Shown piece after piece: positions 19,614 through 29,581 of a stretch of 64,000 nt of DNA. Position numbers and translations under genes: made by a program. Numbering within the stretch: the first letter of the stretch is position 1; each line of letters starts with the position of its first letter. The notes below the pieces were generated by a model. That model did no database searches. It saw only the letters and a list, made by a program, of their open reading frames with translations, and was not told where the DNA came from. Source of the stretch: a virus; IMG/VR virus record IMGVR_UViG_3300021255_000080; one strand, given 5' to 3'.

Positions 19614-20958
19614 GAACATCTCCAGGATCTACGACCAGATAGTCGCCATCGTCAGGGACGAGGTAAAGAAGGCGTCGTCCCGCGACCGCTGGGGAACCGC
19701 CGTCTCCGCGTCCGAGGACGGCAAGGTGGAAGTCCTTGTAGACGGCGGCGAGGAGCCCGCCCCGTTCCAGACCACGACCAAGGTGCACGACGGCGACAGG
19801 GTCCTGCTCAGCATCGACGCCGAGTCCCGCATGGGCACCGTCAAGGGCAACTACTCCAAGCCCGCGGTGGTCAACGACGAGGAGTACGTGAACATACGGA
19901 ACACGTCCGAGGAAGCCGCGAGCTTGCTGGACGACATTTCCGAGATAGAGAAGGACGCGGACAAGACCCTGTCCTCGATCCTGTCGGACGCCAACACCGC
20001 GAGCGGCATCGTCGGGGGCATGAAGGACGCGGCCGATTCCGCTGGGAAGACGCTGGCCCAGATCGTGTCGGACGCCGACAGCGCGAAGGGCATCCTTTCC
20101 GGGATGGAGGACGCGGCGACCGCGGCGGGCACGACCCTGAACGGCATCTACCAGGACGCCGAGAGCGCCAAGACCTCCGCGAAGCAGGCCAACGATGCCG
20201 CGGGGGACGCGCTCAAGCAGCTGTCGACGGTGCAGGACGTCGTGGGCGTGGTCGAATGGGCCGCGCAGCACGACGAGCAGGACATGGCGAGCTTCATCAA
20301 CAGCCACCTTGCCCTGACCCCGTACGGGTTGAACGTGCTGCTCGACAACACGAGCTACCGCGTGCACATCGGCACCCTCACGGAGGACGGCGACGACGGC
20401 GTGTACATCATCGACGACTCGGGCCACGTGGTAACCACCCTGTCCGAGTCGATAACCTTCGACTCCGAGAGGCGCCAGTACATCGGCAACGAGGACGCCT
20501 ACATCCTGTTCACGCCAGCGAGCGGGGACAAGCAAGCCTCCATCACCATCGGCGGCGCGAACGTGCAGCTCGGCAGCTCCAAGACGCTCTCGCAATGGGA
20601 AGCCGACATGCAGCAGGCCGTGGACGACGCGGCGGCGGCTGTACAGACCGCGCAGGACGTGCCGATAGTCACGATTAGCTCTACAAACGGGACGGTGTTC
20701 AAGAGAAGCACGGGAGTCGCGACAACGCTTGTGGCAACCATCTTCACGCCGGGAGGGCGCATAGACAACGCGACGGAGCTGCGAAGGCGCTTCGGCAACG
20801 GAGCATACCTGCAATGGAGCTGGCGCGACATAGTGACCGATGCGGAGCATGTGCTGCTCTCGTCGGATTCGAGGATAGGAAACGGCGGGTTCACCCTCAC
20901 GGTGAGTCCCGAGGATATAGACGCGCAGGCGGTCATAGCCTGCTCTCTCAACTACTAG
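19606..20958 (+). CDS. baseplate/tail fibre-associated protein
   Basis: 450 aa with Ala/Asp-rich helical repeat region (DADKTLSSILSDANTASGIVGGMKDAADSAGKTL...). Confidence 0.4.
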   Translation: MDRNISRIYDQIVAIVRDEVKKASSRDRWGTAVSASEDGKVEVLVDGGEEPAPFQTTTKVHDGDRVLLSIDAESRMGTVKGNYSKPAVVNDEEYVNIRNTSEEAASLLDDISEIEKDADKTLSSILSDANTASGIVGGMKDAADSAGKTLAQIVSDADSAKGILSGMEDAATAAGTTLNGIYQDAESAKTSAKQANDAAGDALKQLSTVQDVVGVVEWAAQHDEQDMASFINSHLALTPYGLNVLLDNTSYRVHIGTLTEDGDDGVYIIDDSGHVVTTLSESITFDSERRQYIGNEDAYILFTPASGDKQASITIGGANVQLGSSKTLSQWEADMQQAVDDAAAAVQTAQDVPIVTISSTNGTVFKRSTGVATTLVATIFTPGGRIDNATELRRRFGNGAYLQWSWRDIVTDAEHVLLSSDSRIGNGGFTLTVSPEDIDAQAVIACSLNY

Positions 20959-20967
20959 GAGGTAGGT

Positions 20968-22209
20968 ATGGCGGTAAAGCACACAGCAGAGGTGACGGTC
21001 TACGACGTGTCGGACGCGTACTCCGTCACGTTGACGAATGAGGCGGTCACGTTCAAGGCAACGAGCACGAGCAAGCTCAACGTCGAGTCGAGCGCCACGA
21101 CTAAGCCGCAGGCATTCCTCGGCTCCGATGCGGTTGCGTGCACCGTGACTGTTGCTGATTGCGTATGCTCGGACTCGACGAACTGCTCGGTAACGGTCAA
21201 CTCGACGGGTGACAATGCCACGTGGCCGCTCATCACTATCTTGGTTGGAGCGAACGCCACCACAAACGGCACAGTGACGATTCCGGTCGTCATCGGCTCA
21301 GGAGACAACGCCGTGACCATCGAGAAGGTGTTCAGCTACGCGATTGCCTTACAGGGAACGGGCGGAGCGGCGGCGTACAACTACTTCCTCAATGCGTCTC
21401 CAACCGCCATCGTGAGGGCAGAGGACGGAACTTTGTCCGCCACATCCGTCGCGTGGGACTCCACACGGGGCACGACAGGAAATCCTGCCGCCTACTCTGG
21501 CTTCGTGTGGTCGCACTACACCACCGATGGATCTACATGGACGCAGATAGCCAAGGCATCCTCCGCAGCTGGTAGCGGGACAGTCACCATACCGAGCGCG
21601 CAGTACGCGGCTGTAAAGGCCGTGAGAATCACGCTGCACACAGCCGCTCCGACAGACGCGAACAAGGTCGATTCCGTCACGATTCCAGTCATCGATTCTG
21701 GCGCAACCGGGCCGCAGGGTCCGCAAGGCATCCAAGGCAACGCGGGAACCGCAGGCGGCAGGTGGTACAGCGGGACTGGCATCACGGGAACATCGACCAC
21801 CGCAACGGCGTTTAGCGGCAGCGGCGTCAGCTCGGCTGTAGTTGGTGACATGTATCTGAACACGTCCACCTACAACACGTACCGCTGCACCGTTGCAGGA
21901 GCCGCATCCGCAGCGAAGTGGGTCTACGTGAACAACGTCAAGGGAGCTAAGGGTGACGCAGGAGATAACCCTTACACGCTGTCAATCACCACTAGCGCAG
22001 GAAACGTGCTGCGCAACAACAGCGGCTCCACGACGCTCACGTGCCACATCTTCAAGGCGGGAGCCGAGCTTTCGAGTGTTCCGAGCGGCCTTGCGGTGAA
22101 GTGGTACAAGAACGGGACGTACATGAGCGGCAAGGACGGATTGACGTTGCAGGTGAACGCCAGCGACGTCGATTCCGAGGACGTGTTCTGCGCGAAGTTG
22201 GAGGGCTAA
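20968..22209 (+). CDS. tail fibre protein with collagen-like GxQ repeat
   Basis: N-terminus MAVKHTAEVTVYDVSD is paralogous to 22211. GATGPQGPQGIQGNAGTAGG collagen triplets; Ser/Thr-rich. Confidence 0.55.
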   Translation: MAVKHTAEVTVYDVSDAYSVTLTNEAVTFKATSTSKLNVESSATTKPQAFLGSDAVACTVTVADCVCSDSTNCSVTVNSTGDNATWPLITILVGANATTNGTVTIPVVIGSGDNAVTIEKVFSYAIALQGTGGAAAYNYFLNASPTAIVRAEDGTLSATSVAWDSTRGTTGNPAAYSGFVWSHYTTDGSTWTQIAKASSAAGSGTVTIPSAQYAAVKAVRITLHTAAPTDANKVDSVTIPVIDSGATGPQGPQGIQGNAGTAGGRWYSGTGITGTSTTATAFSGSGVSSAVVGDMYLNTSTYNTYRCTVAGAASAAKWVYVNNVKGAKGDAGDNPYTLSITTSAGNVLRNNSGSTTLTCHIFKAGAELSSVPSGLAVKWYKNGTYMSGKDGLTLQVNASDVDSEDVFCAKLEG

Positions 22210-22210
22210 C

Positions 22211-24658
22211 ATGGCGGTCAAGGCCAGCGCCGAGATAACAGTGCGCGACGAGACGGACGTCCTGTCCCTCGTGACGTGGTACGCGCTCACGCAGAGCGCC
22301 ACGGCTCCGACCAAGCCGAGCACCACCCAGACGAGCGCCGCCGTGCCGTCTCCGTGGACAACGGCTGAGCCGAGCTTTGATCCCGCTGGCGGCACGCGGT
22401 ACCTCTACACATGCATCCAGACCAGGTGGAAGGACGGTTCGTGCACATGGGATAACAACGTGCAGCTGTCTAGCGCCTACGAGCAGGCGAAACAGGCGTG
22501 GAACAAGGCGAACGCGGCCCAGAGCGCGGCTAGTAGCATGTCGGAGATGGTCGGCACCCTCGAAGCGCCCTACACCGAGGTCGAATGGGTCGAGTCGAAC
22601 GGCAAGCAGTTCGTGTACCTGGACTGGAAGCCCAAGATCGCAACCTGGGGCTTCGAGGCGGACTTTATTATTTACAATGCGTTCAACACGACGCAGGCTG
22701 CATGGGACGCGAGTGCGAACAAAAACAACGCAGGCGCGTTCTTCGGCGTTAGAAACACTTACCACGTTAATGATTGCTCCATTACGTCTTATGGCACGAA
22801 TGGCGAACTGGTAATCGGAGGTGCCTCTGTAGTCACTTCCGCGACGTTCAAGAAGGACAAAACAAGGCAATCTGTCAAATTGCGCGGAACCACCCTTACG
22901 CACTCAAATGGCACAACCACGACGGTTACCCGTTCGTCAGAGACATCTGGCAAACCGTACGGGAACATGACCGTTTTTGCCTTCCACGATGGCCTTAGAA
23001 GAAGCGGTTCTGGATCCGTGTCATATCCTGGAACGGTGCGGATTTACTCCCTCAAGTTCTACGACTCCAACACGCTCGAATGCGACCTCGTGGGCGCAAT
23101 CCGAAAGAGCGATGGAATCACGGGCCTTTACGACAAGGTTGCAGGGAAGTTCTATCCTGCGCCCGGGATGACGTACGGAACCGAGTTGGGAGACCTTGGC
23201 GACGTCGAAACCGTATCTGGGTACCTCGCCAAGAACTCGGTGCAGGCTATCGTGGACAACCACGCGGGTATTAGAATGCTTCGAGCCTCCGCGCCAGAGT
23301 TGTCGAAGCTCGAAGACGGACAGCAAATCCGACTGACGTACATGTACGCGATATCGGCTTCGGTCCAGACCACCGAGCTAGCGGGTTGGGACGATACCAG
23401 CAATAACTCCAACGTGTACCTGAAGCTGACGCTTTCGGACGATTCCGAGACTGAGTGGATACCGTGCTATTACAACGGGGCCGCGAGGCTGACTACCCAT
23501 TACTACGCAGGCCAACCGCTCCTGCTGACATATCGCGAGGATGTGTTCGTCGGCGCGAGCGCGACGGGCGCAGGCAGCACCGTTATGCGGGGGTTCTTCT
23601 GCGATCCAAACTACAACACCGACGACCCATACACCCGCTACTCCGACACCGTGATAGCTGGACTTAACGGCGTTAAGCGGTACTCGCTGAACATGAAGGA
23701 CGCAAACGGCAACTGGACGTCCATCATGAACCAAGACAACAACGTAACCGCTACGGGTAAGACCGCGTACACCGGCGGTCTCATGCTCGGCAACGTGCTG
23801 TACCACAACTCTGGCTCCAATATCGCCGCAGGTGGTAACACGGGGCAGATGAAGGAGTCTCATGGCGGCATCGACCTCCGTTACGACGTGAACGGTATAA
23901 CGACCGCTGCTGCCACTACCGAGTTGCAGCTCCGCAAGCCCGTGTACCTTGTCGGCTCCGTTCATGACGATGGGCTGTTCTACCTGAACACGACGAAGTG
24001 GTGGACCCAGACGCCGAACGTCGAGGGCGCTGTCTACGTGTACCTCGGGACGGCGTACAGCTCCTACTACGCAATCTTCCTGTCGGTCAACAACCCAACG
24101 TACATTTATACGGGCGGAGAACTCGTTGACTACGAGAAGTGGCTGGCCGACGAAGCAGCCAAGGTCGCTGGCAACTACATCGTGTCCACCGCGTCGAACG
24201 ATGTGTGGATTCACACCGAGAACCACGGCCCGGACACCAACGGGAACGCCACGGCCAACACCTACGGATGGCGCATCGGTAGCGTGTTCGAGCTGGTGAG
24301 GGCGGGCCTGAGCTACCTCAAGATGTGGGTGGACAACTCCGTGGCGAAGGTGCGCGTAGGCCTCGAATCCGCAGGGCATTCCGTGTTCTCGCCGGAGGGC
24401 ATGGAGGTGTTCGCCGACGCGGACACGAGCGTGGCTAGCTTCGGCGCGGAAGGCTACAGGGTCGGCGACGAGTCGGCGCTTCACCAGGTAGGCGACGGAA
24501 CGTCGTTGTCGTTCCGCAACGGGAGCGAAACGGTCGCGTACGTCTCGACCGACAAGTTCTACAGCGTCAACTCAGAGGTGGAGGACGCGTTCTACATCGG
24601 CGACTACAGCATTCGAAACGCCAGCGACGGCAAGCTGGTCATAGGCCTGAGGAGGTAA
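22211..24658 (+). CDS. tail fibre / receptor-binding protein
   Basis: 815 aa; N-terminus MAVKASAEITVRDETD shared with 20968. Central lower-GC segment. Confidence 0.55.
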   Translation: MAVKASAEITVRDETDVLSLVTWYALTQSATAPTKPSTTQTSAAVPSPWTTAEPSFDPAGGTRYLYTCIQTRWKDGSCTWDNNVQLSSAYEQAKQAWNKANAAQSAASSMSEMVGTLEAPYTEVEWVESNGKQFVYLDWKPKIATWGFEADFIIYNAFNTTQAAWDASANKNNAGAFFGVRNTYHVNDCSITSYGTNGELVIGGASVVTSATFKKDKTRQSVKLRGTTLTHSNGTTTTVTRSSETSGKPYGNMTVFAFHDGLRRSGSGSVSYPGTVRIYSLKFYDSNTLECDLVGAIRKSDGITGLYDKVAGKFYPAPGMTYGTELGDLGDVETVSGYLAKNSVQAIVDNHAGIRMLRASAPELSKLEDGQQIRLTYMYAISASVQTTELAGWDDTSNNSNVYLKLTLSDDSETEWIPCYYNGAARLTTHYYAGQPLLLTYREDVFVGASATGAGSTVMRGFFCDPNYNTDDPYTRYSDTVIAGLNGVKRYSLNMKDANGNWTSIMNQDNNVTATGKTAYTGGLMLGNVLYHNSGSNIAAGGNTGQMKESHGGIDLRYDVNGITTAAATTELQLRKPVYLVGSVHDDGLFYLNTTKWWTQTPNVEGAVYVYLGTAYSSYYAIFLSVNNPTYIYTGGELVDYEKWLADEAAKVAGNYIVSTASNDVWIHTENHGPDTNGNATANTYGWRIGSVFELVRAGLSYLKMWVDNSVAKVRVGLESAGHSVFSPEGMEVFADADTSVASFGAEGYRVGDESALHQVGDGTSLSFRNGSETVAYVSTDKFYSVNSEVEDAFYIGDYSIRNASDGKLVIGLRR

Positions 24659-24661
24659 CGG

Positions 24662-25840
24662 ATGACGATTGCGAGCGGCACGAGCGGCACGAGCGCGTGG
24701 TCGATAGCGGACGACGGCAAGCTGACAATCGCGCCATCGAGCGGGAACAGCGGCTACATCCTGCATGGGTGGATGGGGCGCGGCCAATTGGCGGCTTGGC
24801 CCTGGCACACATACAGGTCGCAAGTCACGTCCGTGGTCATAAGCGGCTCGCTGCAAATATACGGACGCGACATGTTTGGGCACGAAGTCGTGGATGGCAG
24901 CGCTAGTTGCATGTTCGCAGAGATGGAAAACTTGAGGTCCGTCAGCGGCGTCAAGAGCCTTGTAGGCCTGACGAACCTCATGCAGATGTTCCGCAACTGC
25001 TCGTCATTGACGTCAGTCGACCTCGCGTCCGTCAACACGGCGGCAGTAACGAACATGACAAACGTGTTTTCAGGTTGCGGGTCGCTAACGTCGCTCGACC
25101 TATCATCGTTCGATACATCTGCAATCGATGAAATGCACAGTATGTTCGAAAACTGCGGCGTCCTCTCGCAAGTGGTGTTCGGCACGGGCTTCGCCATCCC
25201 AGACGGCTCGGCCTCCGTCGGGTTCGTCGCTCATGGCAAGGCGTGCAAGAACGTCTCGAAGAACATCGTCGTGACGAGCGACGCGGACTTCAGGGCGCTG
25301 ACCGCCCAGCAGCGCAGCGGCACGTGGCAAAGGGGCGTTTCGGCGACGTTCAAAGCGACGGCGCAGCGCTCGACGGGCGGCGCGGCAGACGAGGACGGCG
25401 AGGACGTGACGATATCCGTCACCTGGGCGACCGACGCGAGCACCACGACGAGGACGCTGAAGGTTTACAAGAAGATGGCTTCGAGCGCATCGTACCCTTC
25501 GTCGGCGTCCAAGACCGTGACGCTCAGCGGCAACTCAGGAAACGAGACCGTGACGATTTCGGATATCGGCGATTCCGCCTACGACTTCAAGGTGGAGTTC
25601 TACGACGGGACGAACACGTTCGTGGCGTTCCCGTCCGTCCAGTCGAACATCCGACTCGTCGCAATCGACAGGAGCGGACACGTCGAGGTGCTGGGCGAGC
25701 AGTGCTACCCGCTGTTCGTGTGGGACAGCGTGAACGGGAGCGACACGAATCCCGAGAGCTACAGCGGCACGTACCCGGTAAGTCCCTGCTTCGTGTACGA
25801 CAAGGGCACGAACGGCCTTTACTACTGCACCGACAACTAG
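24662..25840 (+). CDS. BspA-type leucine-rich repeat protein
   Basis: Repeats of the form L.NLMQMFRNCSSLTSVDLASVNTAAVTNMTNVFSGCGSLTSLDLSSFDTSAIDEMHSMFENCGVL (TpLRR/BspA pattern). Confidence 0.55.
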   Translation: MTIASGTSGTSAWSIADDGKLTIAPSSGNSGYILHGWMGRGQLAAWPWHTYRSQVTSVVISGSLQIYGRDMFGHEVVDGSASCMFAEMENLRSVSGVKSLVGLTNLMQMFRNCSSLTSVDLASVNTAAVTNMTNVFSGCGSLTSLDLSSFDTSAIDEMHSMFENCGVLSQVVFGTGFAIPDGSASVGFVAHGKACKNVSKNIVVTSDADFRALTAQQRSGTWQRGVSATFKATAQRSTGGAADEDGEDVTISVTWATDASTTTRTLKVYKKMASSASYPSSASKTVTLSGNSGNETVTISDIGDSAYDFKVEFYDGTNTFVAFPSVQSNIRLVAIDRSGHVEVLGEQCYPLFVWDSVNGSDTNPESYSGTYPVSPCFVYDKGTNGLYYCTDN

Positions 25841-25852
25841 GAAGGAGATCGG

Positions 25853-26110
25853 ATGAAGTACGTCGTAATCGAGTTCCAGACCTTCGAGAGCGGAGCCATG
25901 TCCACGCCCTGCTGGGCGTACGACGAGCGCAACAAGGCGGAGGCGAAGTACCACAGCGTCCTGGCTGGCGCGGCGGTGTCCGCGCTGCCCATGCACGCCT
26001 GCTCGCTCATGCAAGCGGACGGGCGGCTGCTGGCGTGCCAGAGCTACGAGCACGTCGTGGAGCCTGAACCCGAGCCAGAACCCGAACCCGAGCAGACCGA
26101 GGAGGCGTAG
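25853..26110 (+). CDS. hypothetical protein with EPEPEPEPE tail
   Basis: 85 aa; RBS GGAGATCGG. Confidence 0.4.
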   Translation: MKYVVIEFQTFESGAMSTPCWAYDERNKAEAKYHSVLAGAAVSALPMHACSLMQADGRLLACQSYEHVVEPEPEPEPEPEQTEEA

Positions 26111-26113
26111 CGC

Positions 26114-26482
26114 ATGACGGCCACCAGGTTGACGGGCGCCGATTGCGTCATCGAGCAGGGAACGAGCGGCATCTGGACGTGGAGGAAGTGGGCGAGCGGC
26201 ATCGCGGAGTGCTGGGGCAACTACACGGCGAGCATGGCGGTCAACGTGTCAGGCGCGGCGTACGGCGGGTACAGGAGCAACGAAATCTCCGTCAACCTGC
26301 CGAGCGGACTGTTCGCCGCGTGGCCCACGACCAACGTGACGTTCGCATCGTCACAGGGCATCTGGGTCAACAACATCGCGCCGACCAACGCGAACAAGGT
26401 CGGGTTCTACCTCAGCTGCGGCATGTCGGCGGCTGCTGCGAACAGGACCGTGAGCATCCAGTGCATCGGGCGCTGGAAGTAA
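26114..26482 (+). CDS. hypothetical protein
   Basis: 122 aa between the fibre cluster and holin. Confidence 0.4.
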   Translation: MTATRLTGADCVIEQGTSGIWTWRKWASGIAECWGNYTASMAVNVSGAAYGGYRSNEISVNLPSGLFAAWPTTNVTFASSQGIWVNNIAPTNANKVGFYLSCGMSAAAANRTVSIQCIGRWK

Positions 26483-26559
26483 CGAAAGGAGGCCCTTTGG
26501 CTTTCGGGGCGGCCTAGAGGCCCCGGCACCTTGACAAACCCATAGAGAAAGGACCCGAG

Positions 26560-26985
26560 ATGGTTCCAACTTTCATCGACGTGTTCCTCGCCCCGGTGAG
26601 GGACAACCTCTGGTCGCAGGTGTCGATCACGGCCCTCATGCTGCTGATCCTCCTCGACTGGTGCTTCGGCGTGGGCAACGCGCTGGGGCAGCACAAGTTC
26701 TCGTCCGAGCGCATGCGCCAGGGCATCGGCCACAAGTGCACCGAGCTGGGCTTCATCATGGTGGGCATCATCGCCGACGGCCTGCTGTTCGCCGGCCTTG
26801 ACATCGGCTTCAACGGGCCCGTGCTCGTGGCGATCGCCCTATACCTCTGCGTGATGGAGATCGGCTCGCTGCTCGAGACCTTCGCCGACATGAACCCGCA
26901 CCTCGCGGACACGGCCGTGTTCAAGCTCCTCGAGTCGGTCCACGTGGTCGAACCGGAAGATACGGAGGCCAAGCATGCCGCTTAA
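26560..26985 (+). CDS. holin (phage_holin_4_1-like)
   Basis: 141 aa with three hydrophobic segments; VRDNLWSQVSITALMLLILLDW... matches the LC3-type holin consensus. Immediately upstream of the endolysin. Confidence 0.75.
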   Translation: MVPTFIDVFLAPVRDNLWSQVSITALMLLILLDWCFGVGNALGQHKFSSERMRQGIGHKCTELGFIMVGIIADGLLFAGLDIGFNGPVLVAIALYLCVMEIGSLLETFADMNPHLADTAVFKLLESVHVVEPEDTEAKHAA

Positions 26986-28552
26986 CGGAATCGACATCGC
27001 GTCGTGGCAGGCGGGCATCAACGTCGCCAGGTTGTCGACTACCGATTTCGTGATCGTCAAGGCGACCGGCGGCACCGGCTACACCAACCCCTACCACAGG
27101 GAATGGGCCGACCAGACGCTCAACTCCAAGAAACTGCTCGGGTTCTACCACTTCGCGCAGGATTCGTGCGGGGGCACCGCGAAGGCCGAGGCCGACCATT
27201 TCGTGAACAAGGTCAAGGCGTACGTGGGCAAGGCGTCTCTCTACCTGGATTGGGAGGCGAATGCGCTTCCCTTGGGGCCGAAGTGGGCCAAGGCGTGGCT
27301 CGACCGCGTCTACGCCAAGACGGGCGTGAAGCCCGGCATCTACATGTCAAAGAGCGTCGCGAACGGCTACGACTGGTCAGCCGTGAAGAACGCCGGATAC
27401 CCGCTTTGGGTTGCCCAGTACCCTAACTACAACCGCACGGGCTACCAGAGCAAGCCCTGGACGGACTCCTCGCCGTTCGGGCCGTGGGGCAAGCCGACGA
27501 TTTTCCAGTACACCAGCTCGGGCCGCGTGGTCGGCTACAACGCCGACCTCGACCTCGACCTCTTCTACGGCGACGCCGACAAGTGGCGGTCGATGAGCGT
27601 CAAGGGCGGCGTGGTCGCCAAGGCCACGGCCACGGCGAAGGCCATCGCGTCGAACACGGAGGCCGCGAAGCAGGTCGTCGTGAACTGCGCGGAGGTCGCC
27701 GCCAAGATCCACCAGCGCATGTGCGACGACGACGGCTTCGGCTACTCGTGGGAAGAACGGTACGGTTCCGACAGGGACAATGTGACGTGGGTCATCGAGG
27801 GCAGGAAGTACACGCTCAACAGGGGCGATTACGACTGCTCCAGCTCCGTCATCACCGCTTGGAAGATGGCCTTGCAGGGGACGAAGTACGAGGGCAGGCT
27901 TGACGGCGCGACCTACACGGGCAACATGCGCGAGGTGTTCGTCGCCTCGGGATTGTTCGAGGTCTGGAACACGGCCCGCACCTACGCCGTTCGCGGAGAC
28001 GTCTACCTCAACGACGCGAACCACACGGCCATGTGCCAGGACGGCGGCCGCGGGGACGGCCCGTACGGCAAGGACATGCTCTCGGAGTTCTCGTGGGGCG
28101 ACAAGGGCGCGTACGGGAACAAGCGCGGCGACCAGTCCGGGCGAGAGGCCTACGTCCACGAGTACTACGACTACCCGTGGTCTTGCACGCTCCACTACAA
28201 CGGCAAGGCCAACACGGTGGCAGCGGCTTCATCGCCGACGCAGACCACCGCTGGCGGCGCGAGCGTCGCGAAGCTCAAGGTGGACGGCGACTGGGGTCCG
28301 CTCACCACGAAGGCCCTCCAGCGCCAGCTCGGCGTCAAGGCCGACGGCAAGCTCGGCCCCGCGACGTACAAGGCGCTGCGCAGGAAGATAGGGCCCACGC
28401 CCAAGACCGAGGCGAACTGGGGCAAGTTCACCAAGCCGCTCAAGATGCGGCTCCAGAAGAAGCTCGGGGTCACTCAGGACGGAATCATCGGGCCGCAGAC
28501 CGTCAAGGCGCTCCAGAAGGCCCTCAACCGTGGAAAGGTCGCGAAATGGTAG
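26975..28552 (+). CDS. endolysin: GH25 muramidase + C-terminal PG_binding_1 repeats
   Basis: GIDIASWQAGINVARL...FVIVKATGGTGYTNPY (GH25). C-terminus LKVDGDWGPLTTKALQRQLGVKADGKLGPATYKAL x3. Confidence 0.85.
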   Translation: MPLNGIDIASWQAGINVARLSTTDFVIVKATGGTGYTNPYHREWADQTLNSKKLLGFYHFAQDSCGGTAKAEADHFVNKVKAYVGKASLYLDWEANALPLGPKWAKAWLDRVYAKTGVKPGIYMSKSVANGYDWSAVKNAGYPLWVAQYPNYNRTGYQSKPWTDSSPFGPWGKPTIFQYTSSGRVVGYNADLDLDLFYGDADKWRSMSVKGGVVAKATATAKAIASNTEAAKQVVVNCAEVAAKIHQRMCDDDGFGYSWEERYGSDRDNVTWVIEGRKYTLNRGDYDCSSSVITAWKMALQGTKYEGRLDGATYTGNMREVFVASGLFEVWNTARTYAVRGDVYLNDANHTAMCQDGGRGDGPYGKDMLSEFSWGDKGAYGNKRGDQSGREAYVHEYYDYPWSCTLHYNGKANTVAAASSPTQTTAGGASVAKLKVDGDWGPLTTKALQRQLGVKADGKLGPATYKALRRKIGPTPKTEANWGKFTKPLKMRLQKKLGVTQDGIIGPQTVKALQKALNRGKVAKW

Positions 28553-28860
28553 AGGTTTTCATCTCCCAGCCGATGTGGGGGCGCACCCCGCAGGAAATCG
28601 AGGACGAGCGCGACGAGGTGTTCGCCGACATCGCGTGCCGATACGCCGAGAAGGGCGAGGACTGCCGCGAGATCCCGAGCTACTTCGGGGAGAAGGGCGC
28701 GTCGCAGATGAAGCCGCTGGAGCTCCTGGGCAAGTCGCTCGAACTCATGGCCCACGCCGACGTCGCCGTGTTCTGCAAGGGGTGGTGGAAGGCGCGCGGG
28801 TGCAGGATCGAGCACGATTGCGCGCGCCAGTATGGCATCGAGGTCATAGAGCTGCTATAA
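28546..28860 (+). CDS. DUF4406 / nucleoside 2-deoxyribosyltransferase-like protein
   Basis: MVEVFISQPMWG...VAVFCKGWWKARGCRIEHDCARQYGIEV pattern. ATGGTAG overlap with endolysin stop. Confidence 0.45.
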   Translation: MVEVFISQPMWGRTPQEIEDERDEVFADIACRYAEKGEDCREIPSYFGEKGASQMKPLELLGKSLELMAHADVAVFCKGWWKARGCRIEHDCARQYGIEVIELL

Positions 28861-29046
28861 TGGCTCCCATGCGAACGCCGCGCCGTTTGGTGACAGAGGG
28901 ACCTCAACCCTCGGCGACGCGGAAGTCCGATGGACAGGCCCCGAGGCGGGCCGCGGGGGCGCAGACAACGGGCACCGTCGACGGGCGGCGCCCGCCTGTT
29001 ATGGAGGGGGTGAGAACGATGTAGCAGTCTAGTGAAAGGAGCTGCT

Positions 29047-29310
29047 ATGTCGCGCTCGCGCAAGAAGACGCCCTGCTGCCACATCGCCAAGAAGGACACA
29101 TGGTGGAAGGGCTGGTTCAACCGCCGAATCAGGAGGATTCCTCCCGACGAGGAGATTCCCGATGGCGGGTACTACCGCAAGATGAACTGTTCGTACCTCA
29201 TCGACGATTGGTCCGTTGTCTGCAGGAGCCTCGAAGGCTTCCGGCCGTTCAGGGACTGCACCGAAGAGGAGCGCAGGGACATCTACGAGCGGTTCTACAT
29301 TCGGAAGTGA
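29047..29310 (+). CDS. hypothetical basic Cys-containing protein (moron)
   Basis: RBS GAAAGGAG; 87 aa; followed by two hairpins. Confidence 0.35.
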   Translation: MSRSRKKTPCCHIAKKDTWWKGWFNRRIRRIPPDEEIPDGGYYRKMNCSYLIDDWSVVCRSLEGFRPFRDCTEEERRDIYERFYIRK

Positions 29311-29352
29311 TATACTGGCTTCGGCCAAAGTGCGAACAGCTTTCTCGCACGG

Positions 29353-29390
29353 ACTCCCGGGGGAGGTTGTCCCTCGGGAGTTTCCTTTTC
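29353..29390 (+). terminator. rho-independent terminator ending the late/lysis unit
   Basis: CTCCCGGGGG-aggttgt-CCCTCGGGAG followed by TTTCCTTTTCT. Confidence 0.6.
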
Positions 29391-29418
29391 TGGGTGGTGC
29401 AAAAGTGGTGCGTTCGAT
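29391..29418. repeat. 28-bp imperfect direct repeat, copy 1 (GGGTGGTGCAaaagTGGTGCGtTCGATTG)
   Basis: 24/28 identical to 29606-29633; flanks the att core. Confidence 0.6.
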
Positions 29419-29533
29419 TGGAAGCCAAAGAAGTCCAAAGAATGTTACAATGCGAACGAAGTGCAGTTTCGCATTTTGTGGCACGGTAGCGTGAGAACTT
29501 AAAACCGCAGGTCAGACGAAAATCTAGACGTGT

Positions 29534-29561
29534 GAAGGTTCAAGTCCTTTCGCCCGCACCA
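29534..29561 (+). other. tRNA 3'-end mimic (T-arm + acceptor 3' strand + ACCA): putative att core
   Basis: GAAGG-TTCAAGT-CCTTT-CGCCCGC-A-CCA. No matching 5' acceptor strand or anticodon arm upstream, so not an intact tRNA. Confidence 0.5.
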
Positions 29562-29581
29562 TCGAAACGCCAGGTCAGGGG

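Noticed and set aside
26045-26100. GAGCC(T/A)GAACCC tandem DNA repeat
   Set aside because: Simply encodes the EPEPEPEPE tail of the 25853-26110 protein.
29476-29561. intact tRNA gene
   Set aside because: Only the T-arm/acceptor 3' strand/CCA are present. No complementary 5' acceptor strand (GCGGGCG) or foldable anticodon arm upstream. Also no tmRNA 5' partner within 400 nt.
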